A stretch of DNA of 64,000 nucleotides from an uncultured Gammaproteobacteria bacterium (lineage in GTDB: Bacteria > Patescibacteriota > Microgenomatia > 2-02-FULL-39-11), in NCBI GenBank assembly GCA_964362665.1, contig CAYIFB010000002.1:14404-78403 (forward strand). The letters run 5' to 3'. Positions within the stretch are counted from its first letter, which is position 1; the number at the start of each line of letters is the position of its first letter. A model generated the notes under the pieces. It worked only from the letters and a program-made list of their open reading frames with translations. It searched no databases and had not been told where the DNA came from. A program made the translations under genes and the position numbers. Of the stretch, positions 55,837-64,000 are shown in pieces.

Positions 55837-56877
55837 ATGAGACATAGCGATAAATTTATTACGAGAATAGAAGAAATGTTTCATTATTTATCCCTAGGAA
55901 AAAAAGAAGTTCAACCCTCGAAATTCTGGATTAAGCTAAATAAGCTCCATATGAAAGAATTGTCCCGTGATGGATTTGACAATATTAAACAGACAGTCGT
56001 ACGGAAATATTTCGCCAATACCCCGCTCTTTTTTATGAATAAACAAGTCCTTTTTTTAGTTCTGAATTTAAATCCTTTGTCGACGATGAAGAATCTTATC
56101 AGAAGTTTTATCATTCACAAACATTCTTTTTTTAGCCGCCTAGATTCTGCAAGTTATAATTTTCTCACGCTTATGATTTGGGATTATGTGAAATTACATG
56201 ATAAAGATAAACTACTTCAGTTGTTGGAAGAACCGTTGATTGGTAATCCTCCCAGGATTTACGATCATAAAAAACTGGTTTCCCAGGATCTGGCTAATTC
56301 TGTGATGGAATATAAATCTATGATCGAGGGAATAAAAAATAGAAAGGCATTAAAGACAATTTGTGAATTAGGGGCAGGATCCGGCAGGAATGCCTTTGTT
56401 TTTCTGTCGCTGATGCCGGGAATCAAATATATTATCATAGATATTCCTCCGGCTCTGGCTATATCAGAACGGTATTTAAGCCAGGTTTTTCCCGGGAAAA
56501 AAATATTCCGTTTCCGCTCTTTTAAAACTTTTAGTGAAATAAAAGACGAATTTAGAGAAGCTGATATCCTGTTTTTTCTCTCAAGCCAGATTGAAAAGCT
56601 TCCGAAAGGGAGTGCTGATCTTTTTATAAATATTTCCTCATTGCATGAAATGCGCATGGATCAGGTAAAATATTATTTAAAACAGATTGAAAGATTGACC
56701 AGAAAAGGAGGATATTTTTATTTTAAGCAGTGGAAAATCGCCTATGTTCCATATGAGGATATCTATATTAATCAGGTGGATTATAAGCTGAAACTTCAGT
56801 GGAAAAAAATTTTTGTGAGAGAAGCCAAGATACAGACCAAGTTTTTTGAGGCGCTCTACCGGCTTGAAAAGTATTAA
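55837..56877 (+). CDS. putative SAM-dependent (sugar O-)methyltransferase
   Basis: ICELGAGSGRNAFVF is a glycine-rich motif I. An acidic residue follows the beta2 position. Confidence 0.45.
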   Translation: MRHSDKFITRIEEMFHYLSLGKKEVQPSKFWIKLNKLHMKELSRDGFDNIKQTVVRKYFANTPLFFMNKQVLFLVLNLNPLSTMKNLIRSFIIHKHSFFSRLDSASYNFLTLMIWDYVKLHDKDKLLQLLEEPLIGNPPRIYDHKKLVSQDLANSVMEYKSMIEGIKNRKALKTICELGAGSGRNAFVFLSLMPGIKYIIIDIPPALAISERYLSQVFPGKKIFRFRSFKTFSEIKDEFREADILFFLSSQIEKLPKGSADLFINISSLHEMRMDQVKYYLKQIERLTRKGGYFYFKQWKIAYVPYEDIYINQVDYKLKLQWKKIFVREAKIQTKFFEALYRLEKY

Positions 56878-56890
56878 ATTAACCCCAATC

Positions 56891-57811
56891 TTATGTGGTA
56901 CGTTTGTAGAATAGGGAAATAAGAACCCTTTCAATATCCTTATTGATTAATTTCAATAAAAAAAGCCTTATAGCCCTGCTGGTTTTTTTCAGGAAGATTA
57001 ATATTTTAAATTTTGAGGAAATATTTTTAGCATTTTTTCTACAAATATTGTCATAATGCATATTTAAGATCCGGTACATATAGACTAAAAATTGCTTTTT
57101 GTCATTGGGGCCGAAGGACTGATTATCCGACCGGAATTTAATTACAGATTCGGACAAAAGGTATATTTTGTAATCATCAGGAAAATAATAAAAGAGTGAA
57201 GAGTGGGGAAAAGGATTAGGCTGTCCGTCAAATTGCTTCAACTTAGCTGCATGGCGATTGACGATACTTCTTTTGATAATCGTATTGGAATAAACACCAA
57301 TATACCAGTCAAACGGCAGGAAAAACTTTTTTTCAAGATATGAAAATAAATCTTTTTTCCGGGTAATGAATTTGTCATGTGATAATCTTAACAAGTTCTT
57401 GTCGATTACATGCTGTAGATCTTTAGAATAGAGATCCAAATTACATAATATAACATCAGGGTCGTATTTTTGTATTACTTGAAATACACTTTTGAGAGAG
57501 CCGTTTTTATGGATATCATCATCAGACAAAAACCAAATGTAATTTCCTGCCGCAAAACCTGCAACTTTAAGCTGATTTTTGGCAAATCCGATATTGCGGG
57601 TATTCTCAAAATACCTGATATTTTTATATTTCCGCAGATATGTCTTTACAATTTCTTTGGTGTCGTCGATGCTGTCATCATTACAAATTACTATTTCGAC
57701 CTTTTTATAAATATTTTTATCACCGAATTGATTTACAATACTGTTCAGGCCTTCAGTCAAATACTTTATCCGGTTATATGTCGGAATACAGATGGAGATG
57801 AGGGGTTTCAT
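56891..57811 (-). CDS. GT2 glycosyltransferase
   Basis: ISICIPTYNRIKYL...CNDDSIDDT. Confidence 0.65.
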   Translation of the reverse strand: MKPLISICIPTYNRIKYLTEGLNSIVNQFGDKNIYKKVEIVICNDDSIDDTKEIVKTYLRKYKNIRYFENTRNIGFAKNQLKVAGFAAGNYIWFLSDDDIHKNGSLKSVFQVIQKYDPDVILCNLDLYSKDLQHVIDKNLLRLSHDKFITRKKDLFSYLEKKFFLPFDWYIGVYSNTIIKRSIVNRHAAKLKQFDGQPNPFPHSSLFYYFPDDYKIYLLSESVIKFRSDNQSFGPNDKKQFLVYMYRILNMHYDNICRKNAKNISSKFKILIFLKKTSRAIRLFLLKLINKDIERVLISLFYKRTT

Positions 57812-57868
57812 ATAATGGTATATTATAATATAAACCTATTATAAAGGCTCAATTCACTCAAATAAATT

Positions 57869-58876
57869 ATGGCGAGAGTTAATGATAAACAACAATTGGT
57901 TTCGATTGTGATTGTTAATCATAACGGTAAAAAGTGGCTTAAAGATTGTCTGGATTCAATCGCCAAACAAACTTACCGGAATTTTGAAGTAATAATAGTA
58001 GATAATTTATCAACGGATGAGAGCGTAGATTTCATCGGAAAATATTATCCCAAAGTGAAAACAGTAGTAAGTAAAACTAATATTGGGTTTGGAAGAGCTA
58101 ATAACCTGGGGGTTGAAACCGCTCAGGGAGAAGAGATTTTTTTCCTCAACAACGATACTGTTTTGGAAAAAGATTTATTGGAAAAGTTACTTTTTTGTCA
58201 AAAACAAAAAAAATTAAATATTCTCGGACCTAAAATATTAGACTATTCCGGAAAAGAAGTCTATCAGTCAGATAAATTATCCATAGATGTCACAGGTTAT
58301 ATCGGAAATGGCAGGGAAAGTTTATATGTAGACGGTTGCGCCTTAATGATTTCAAAAAAGGATTTTATAGAACTCGGAGGGTTTGACGAAAGTTATTTTA
58401 TGTACAGTGAAGAAATAGATTTATGTTGGCGTGCGCGTCTGTATGGCATGAGGGTGGGAATTTGTGATGAATCGGCTGTGAGACACTTCGGTGGCGGTAC
58501 CGGAGGAGATACGCAATATGAAAGAAATGTGAAACGTGTGATTCCGCTGATGAGAAGATATGAGGTAGAGAAAAATAATCTGAGGAATATCCTTAAAAAT
58601 TACAAGTTAATTAATTTGTTTTGGATATTACCATTGTATATAATGCAAAGTCTGTGTGAGTCGATTTTATATTTACTAACTGGAAATGTTAAAGCAAGTA
58701 AATTGATTTGCAAAGCGTACCTCTGGAATCTGAGAAATATCAGAGATACTTTCTATCAGAGAAGAATTGTTCAAAAAAAAAGAATAGTGGGAGATATGCA
58801 GATAATATCCATGATGTCTATCGGTTTAAATAAATTCAGCGCTCTTAAAACTATCGGAATTCCAAAATATAGATAA
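57869..58876 (+). CDS. GT2 glycosyltransferase (rhamnosyltransferase-like)
   Basis: VSIVIVNHNGKKWLKDCLDSI...IIVDNLSTDES...FLNNDT. Confidence 0.7.
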   Translation: MARVNDKQQLVSIVIVNHNGKKWLKDCLDSIAKQTYRNFEVIIVDNLSTDESVDFIGKYYPKVKTVVSKTNIGFGRANNLGVETAQGEEIFFLNNDTVLEKDLLEKLLFCQKQKKLNILGPKILDYSGKEVYQSDKLSIDVTGYIGNGRESLYVDGCALMISKKDFIELGGFDESYFMYSEEIDLCWRARLYGMRVGICDESAVRHFGGGTGGDTQYERNVKRVIPLMRRYEVEKNNLRNILKNYKLINLFWILPLYIMQSLCESILYLLTGNVKASKLICKAYLWNLRNIRDTFYQRRIVQKKRIVGDMQIISMMSIGLNKFSALKTIGIPKYR

Positions 58877-58882
58877 GAACTT

Positions 58883-59503
58883 ATGTCTAAATATCTTGTC
58901 AACACTGCACAATATGGAACCCATAGATTAATTGCTTCCGAAATAGGAAAAGGTTATCTGGTTTTAGACTTGGGATGTAATAAAGGATATCTTAAGCAGT
59001 TTGCTCCAGGAAATTTTTTTTTCGGGATTGACTATAACAAAAAAGATCTACAAGAAGCCAAAAAAAACGGTTATCAGAAAGTCTACCAATTAGACCTGAA
59101 TGACTATAAAGCTTTTAAAGTCAAAGAAAAATTTGACGTTTTAATATTTGCAGATATTTTGGAACACTTATTATTTCCTGATAAAGTTTTAAGATTTTTT
59201 GTTGACCATTATTTACAAAAGGGCGGAAAAATAATTATTTCTTTGCCTAATGTAGCCCATATTACGGTAAGATCTAGACTTTTGAGGGGGAGTTTCGTTT
59301 ACAGCGAGAGTGGTATATTAGACCGTACTCATCTGCATTTATATACTTTACAAACAGCCGGAGAATTAATTACTTTATCAGGGTTAAATATTATTCAAAG
59401 AAAGTTCAGTTCCAATCGTTTAGGCCGATTAATTCAACATTTCCCGTTTCTAGGGACTTTACTGGGGTTTAACTTAATTTTCATATGCCGAAAAAAATCC
59501 TGA
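58883..59503 (+). CDS. class I SAM-dependent methyltransferase
   Basis: VLDLGCNKGYL is motif I. Confidence 0.55.
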   Translation: MSKYLVNTAQYGTHRLIASEIGKGYLVLDLGCNKGYLKQFAPGNFFFGIDYNKKDLQEAKKNGYQKVYQLDLNDYKAFKVKEKFDVLIFADILEHLLFPDKVLRFFVDHYLQKGGKIIISLPNVAHITVRSRLLRGSFVYSESGILDRTHLHLYTLQTAGELITLSGLNIIQRKFSSNRLGRLIQHFPFLGTLLGFNLIFICRKKS

Positions 59504-61776
59504 TTAATGGTATTACTTTGGAGAGCGCGAATATTGTCCCTCTGCTTCTAAAGGTAAAATACTGGCAGAAGGAAAATGTCGAGGTAACCTTTTTTGGCAA
59601 TTGCATACTCAAGAGTCAGATAGATGCACTGCAGATAATCAAAAAATATAATTTCATCGAATTGAAAAACACCGGGAGAATAAACGGCAGAATTCAATTG
59701 ATTATTGAAGGCGTTAGAAGAAATTTTTTAGCTTTATCCTACATCAAAAGATTTAAAGATAATTTTGATGTTGTCTATTCCATATCCTCGGTTTTGGACC
59801 TGATGATTTTCCCTTATATTCTCAAAAAATTTGATAAAAATTTATTACGGGTTGCCGTTTTTGATAATATCGTACCCATTACAGATCCGGGAAATAAATT
59901 TATCCGATTTCTTGCCTGGATATTTTTCCAAATAAGTTTAGTCCTTTTGAAAGACGCGGATTTTATTTTCGCCGGTTCAAATGATTTGGAAAATTTTCTG
60001 ATAAGAAAAGGAATAGATAAAGATAAAATTATAGAAAGAGGACAGGCTGTGAGGAATGACATGATAAGAAACGCCAGGGTCAACCCCAAATACCACATTG
60101 ATGCGCTATTTATCGGCAGGATCAACGAAACAAAAGGTATTTATGATATGTTGGAAGTTTTAAATATCGTCAGAATGAAATACCCCGATTTTCAATTGGC
60201 TCTTATAGGTCAAGGTGATGAGGTTACTATGGAGCAATATAAAACGAAAATAAAAAATATGGGACTTGTGAAAAATATAAAATTTTTAGGAAACGTATCG
60301 GAAAAAGATAAATTTGAAATTATTAAAAGCAGTAAAGTATTCTGGTTTTTGTCGGTCAGCGAATCAGAAAGCTGGGGGGTGGCTCTGCTTGAGGCAGTTT
60401 GCTGCGGTAAGCCTGCTTTTGTTTATAATCTGCCGGCATACAAATATTATAAAAATAACGAAGTTTTCGTTTTTAAGCTTCATGACTATCATGCTGTTGC
60501 CGATAAGGTGGTTGAGGTATTTGGCAGAAAAGAATTCAATAATGAAATTGGAAGATTGCTGATAGGTAAATACAGCTGGGAGAAAATCGCAAGTATTGAG
60601 TTTGAAAATATTTTCCCTGCTTTACTCAGTTTGCCGGCGCAAAAAAATATACTCATTAATGGTATTACACTTGAAGGCGCTAATATTATTCCTTTGCTCT
60701 CGAAGGTAAAATACTGGCAGGGAAAAGGAGTTAATATCGCTTTTTTGGGGAATAGTACCCTGAAAAAACAGATTGACTCTCTGCAGATTATAAAAAAATA
60801 TGATTTTTTTACCCTGCGAAATACCAGAAAGATAGAAGGAAAAATACAACTAATTTTTGAGGGCTTGAGAAGAAACGTTCAGGCTTTATCATTTACCCGA
60901 CGATTTAAAAATAAATTTGACGGCGTTTATTCCATCTCCACAGTTTTGGATTTACTGCTTTTTCCTTATTTTCTGAAAAAGATTGATAAACGGCTAAAGT
61001 GGACGGCGGTCTTTGATAATACCGTGCCGTTTATATATATGGGGAATATTCTTATCAGGTTTTTGGCCTGGTTTTTTTACCGGTTTAGCCTTTTGCTTCT
61101 TAAAGACGCCGATTATCTTTTTGCTGTCAGACCGGAATTGAAAGAATATCTGTTGGGAAAAGGATTTAAACACGATCGTTTGGTCGTGACCGGAAACGCA
61201 ATCGAAATCGGGTTTATAAAAAGCGCCCAAAAAGAAGACAGATATAATATTGACGCTCTATATATAGGAAGGATTAATGAGTTGAAAGGCATTTATGATA
61301 TGCTGAAAGTTTTAGAAATAGTAAAAGTTATATATCCTGATTTTCAGTTAGCCCTCATGGGAACAGGAGACAGGCAAACCATGATTAAATATAAAAAGAA
61401 AATAGAAGAGATGGGGCTTACTGCAAACATCCAGTTTTTGGGGTATAAGACGGGACTTACTAAATTTAGTATCATTAAAAGCAGTAAATGTTTTTGGTTT
61501 TTAAGCCATACGGAGAGTTTTCCGGTAGCGCCTCTTGAGGCAGTTTGCTGCGGATTGCCGGCAATCGTTTATGATCTGGAAGCATATAAAATGTACACAA
61601 ACAAAGAAATGATGATTTTAAAAAGGAAAGATTATGTTGCGGCAGCCAAAAAAGTACTGGAAATTTTTAAAGAAGGGAATTTCGACAATAGCGCCGGTAA
61701 GAAATTATTTCAGAAGATTTCCTGGAGTTGGGATAAAATAGCAGCGATAGAATATAATACGTTGTATCAAAATTAG
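59485..61776 (+). CDS. tandem-duplicated GT4-like glycosyltransferase (two ~380-aa repeats fused)
   Basis: Residues 1-380 and 381-763 align end to end: KKILINGITLESANIVPLLLKVKYWQ vs KNILINGITLEGANIIPLLSKVKYWQ, and LEAVCCGKPA vs LEAVCCGLPA. Confidence 0.6.
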   Translation: MPKKILINGITLESANIVPLLLKVKYWQKENVEVTFFGNCILKSQIDALQIIKKYNFIELKNTGRINGRIQLIIEGVRRNFLALSYIKRFKDNFDVVYSISSVLDLMIFPYILKKFDKNLLRVAVFDNIVPITDPGNKFIRFLAWIFFQISLVLLKDADFIFAGSNDLENFLIRKGIDKDKIIERGQAVRNDMIRNARVNPKYHIDALFIGRINETKGIYDMLEVLNIVRMKYPDFQLALIGQGDEVTMEQYKTKIKNMGLVKNIKFLGNVSEKDKFEIIKSSKVFWFLSVSESESWGVALLEAVCCGKPAFVYNLPAYKYYKNNEVFVFKLHDYHAVADKVVEVFGRKEFNNEIGRLLIGKYSWEKIASIEFENIFPALLSLPAQKNILINGITLEGANIIPLLSKVKYWQGKGVNIAFLGNSTLKKQIDSLQIIKKYDFFTLRNTRKIEGKIQLIFEGLRRNVQALSFTRRFKNKFDGVYSISTVLDLLLFPYFLKKIDKRLKWTAVFDNTVPFIYMGNILIRFLAWFFYRFSLLLLKDADYLFAVRPELKEYLLGKGFKHDRLVVTGNAIEIGFIKSAQKEDRYNIDALYIGRINELKGIYDMLKVLEIVKVIYPDFQLALMGTGDRQTMIKYKKKIEEMGLTANIQFLGYKTGLTKFSIIKSSKCFWFLSHTESFPVAPLEAVCCGLPAIVYDLEAYKMYTNKEMMILKRKDYVAAAKKVLEIFKEGNFDNSAGKKLFQKISWSWDKIAAIEYNTLYQN

Positions 61777-61782
61777 ACGCTT

Positions 61783-62466
61783 ATGAAAAATATATACAAG
61801 GACATGTATGAAACCAGGCAAAAACTGGACTTGATAGAGAACTGCCGGGTGAAGATTATGCTTGAGATGATCAACGAACTTCATTTGACCGGAAAAAATA
61901 TTTTGGATATAGGTTGTTTCGACGGTACCTTATTATCTCTGGTAACCAATAGAAATAATAAATTTTACGGGATTGATGCCAATGACTTTGCCGTAAGGCA
62001 GGCCCGTAAGAAAGGCATTAAGGTTAAGCAGTTTTTCTTTGACGATGTCACTAAAATACCGTTTGCGGATAAGTTTTTTCATTTAATAGCCGCAGGAGAA
62101 ATAATTGAGCATATCTATGATACTGATTTTTTCCTGCGTGAGCTGAAAAGGATTCTCAAGCCCGGCGGATATCTGCTTATTTCCACACCCAACATTGCAT
62201 CACTAGGCCGTAGGTTGCTGCTTCTAACCGGCATCAGTCCGATCATTGAAATTTCACCCAATGAAATAGACAGCCCGGGACATATCCGCTATTTTACCTT
62301 TAAGACGCTGGCGGGATTGCTCGCGAAGCATGGACTGAAAGTATTGCAGACAAGGTCTGATGTGCTCAATCTCTCCAACGACGGAAGGATAAGATCAATA
62401 CAGATCCCGAAAATTTTTCCCTCAATAGGCCAAAGTATAATTTGCCTCTGTCAAAAAAAATCATAA
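61783..62466 (+). CDS. class I SAM-dependent methyltransferase
   Basis: ILDIGCFDGTL is motif I. IAAGEIIEHI is a post-II motif. Confidence 0.6.
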   Translation: MKNIYKDMYETRQKLDLIENCRVKIMLEMINELHLTGKNILDIGCFDGTLLSLVTNRNNKFYGIDANDFAVRQARKKGIKVKQFFFDDVTKIPFADKFFHLIAAGEIIEHIYDTDFFLRELKRILKPGGYLLISTPNIASLGRRLLLLTGISPIIEISPNEIDSPGHIRYFTFKTLAGLLAKHGLKVLQTRSDVLNLSNDGRIRSIQIPKIFPSIGQSIICLCQKKS

Positions 62467-62517
62467 ATAGTAAAATAAATTAACCGAACGAAGTTAGTCC
62501 AAAAATCTCCCAACTTA

Positions 62518-64000
62518 TGAGGAAAATATTTAACCGCTATTTTATTCTGAATATTTTTTGGATTATCATTCTTTCTCTAATTCCTGTTTATTATACTTGG
62601 GGAAGGTTGGCTGTGGGAGGAGATGTGCTTATATTTTTCAGCAGCAAGGGGTTGTCTAAATATCTCTACCAATGGATTCCATACCATAACGGCCTGCCAT
62701 ACCCAATCAACTATTATCCGCTGTATTTCTTGTATAAAATTGCCGAAAATTTTCACTGGGATCCCTACCAGGTATCTGTCATAGTCCTATTTGTTTTGAG
62801 CGTTCTGGCCGGTTTGGGAATTTATAAACTGTCCAAATTAATCTGCGGGAAAGACGGTCTGTTCATGCTGGTGCCTATCACCTTTTACATACTTTCCCCC
62901 GCGCTTCTGAACGGCTGGCATTATATGTATATCTATTCTACCGCACCCTGGTTTATCTATTATGTTTTTAAAACCATAAAGTCCAAAGATATTAACTTAG
63001 GGAATATTATCTGGCTTAATGTGATTGTCTTTTTCTCCTCCATGGATTTACCCAACCCCAAGTATCTATTCCACATGTTTCTTATTATGTTTACCGCAAT
63101 AATTTGCAGTTTAATATTTCGCCTTATAAGCCTGCAGCTGATAATAAAAAGCTGGTGGAAGATTATCATACTTTTTCTGTTGTCAATTTATATCTACCTT
63201 CCGTTTGGTTATTTTTTTACTCAGTTGACCTCAGTCATACCCGTAAGAAGCGGATATAAAGATGTCGGTAGAATGCCGGATTACGGTTACGCTACGATTG
63301 ACAGAATGGTTATGTTGCACCATAAAGGAGTTAACATAAATACACCGGAAGGAGCCGCTTATTCTGCTAATCCCATTGTTACTTTTTTAAGCTATTCTTT
63401 CATTTTTATAATTCTTTTAAATCTGATTTTTAGAAAAGGCGATGATGAAACATATAAGTATGAATTGATCTTTTTTATCCTGATACTGATTTTTTTGTTT
63501 TTTGCGGCCGGCCCAAATCCGCCGTTTGGCTTTATTTATGAATTTGCTGTCACACATTATCAAGTATTTGCATTTCTTCGCACTACCGCCGGGGCAGTAT
63601 TTTTTTCTTCCATCTTTTATGCGGTTTTGATAGCGTCGTTTATCCGGAAAATAAACAAGCACCAATCTTTTTTTATTTTTTTATCGATATTAATTATCGG
63701 CATTGTTAATTATCCCTATGTGCACGGTGAATATTTCAAAAACTTCAATAATGTAAATCAGTATACGGACAGACAGGAATACGGGTTTAAAATTCCGCAA
63801 ATATACTTTGACATGGTGAGCGTCATAGAGGGTCAGAAGCTGGATGCCAAGTATCTGCATACCAGAAGCAATGTAGGTTATCTTGGGACGAGGTGGGGTT
63901 ATTTCGGCCCAAGTATTTATTTGTTTCTCTATGATAACCATAATGTAGGTTACAGTGAAATATATTCCAATCTCGCTAATCATAATATAGGATATGTTTT
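62518..64000 (+). CDS. polytopic integral membrane protein, 3' end beyond window (possible GT-C-type glycosyltransferase)
   Basis: Uninterrupted reading frame from the ATG at 62518 to the window end. More than 10 hydrophobic helices. Sits at the end of the glycan cluster. Confidence 0.4.

Noticed and set aside
1-64000. CRISPR array / rRNA genes
   Set aside because: No regularly spaced direct repeats of 25-40 bp with unique spacers were seen. No rRNA-like conserved stretches were seen. The only tandem repeats are 2-copy units (40383-40428, 54802-54845).

Overview
This 64 kb window is low-GC and densely coded, with mostly small genes. Gene content and style resemble a Patescibacteria/CPR-like or similar reduced bacterium, which is my inference from the sequence alone. 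Four blocks stand out.

(1) 1.3-10.8 kb, minus strand: a core ribosomal/transcription cluster, secE-nusG-(two inserted genes)-rplK-rplA ... rplJ-rplL. It is preceded by a GalT-like gene. Following the cluster are galU and a 12.3-13.4 kb segment containing a lipoprotein gene that is clearly GC-richer than the host.

(2) 14-24 kb: a run of secreted or membrane-anchored proteins. These include an SGNH esterase, a staphylococcal-nuclease-like protein, a 422-aa cysteine-rich repeat protein, a Pro-rich protein, an M64-like metallopeptidase and an alpha/beta hydrolase.

(3) 24-40 kb: an accessory/defence-type region. It holds two tandem Phd/YefM-RelE/ParE pairs, a chimeric duplicated gene fragment, a NUDIX hydrolase and a B12-binding radical SAM gene. 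It also holds a ~7.4 kb higher-GC island next to a tRNA-Trp(CCA) gene that I found by hand at 39478..39548 (minus). The island carries a large serine recombinase whose last codons read into the tRNA 3' end. It also carries a C-protein/restriction-enzyme plus Vsr/Dcm m5C restriction-modification unit and a LexA-like S24 repressor. The repressor is divergent from a two-gene operon encoding a zinc-finger/coiled-coil/PD-(D/E)xK-like protein. The island is partitioned by two pairs of perfect long inverted repeats (108 bp and 102 bp).

(4) 41.4-64 kb: a very large glycan biosynthesis/decoration cluster. It has a Wzx-like flippase, at least eight GT2/GT4 glycosyltransferases (one an internal tandem GT4 fusion), six class I SAM methyltransferases, a NodU/CmcH carbamoyltransferase, a B12-radical-SAM plus FNR-like reductase pair, an NDP-sugar epimerase with a zinc-ribbon insert, and a polytopic membrane protein that runs off the window end.

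I also found a conserved structured element with a compensatory stem change, present once in the rplJ-rplL spacer and once upstream of the 30128 radical SAM gene. rpmG (L33) is missing from the ORF track because it is below the size cutoff. I found no CRISPR array and no rRNA genes.
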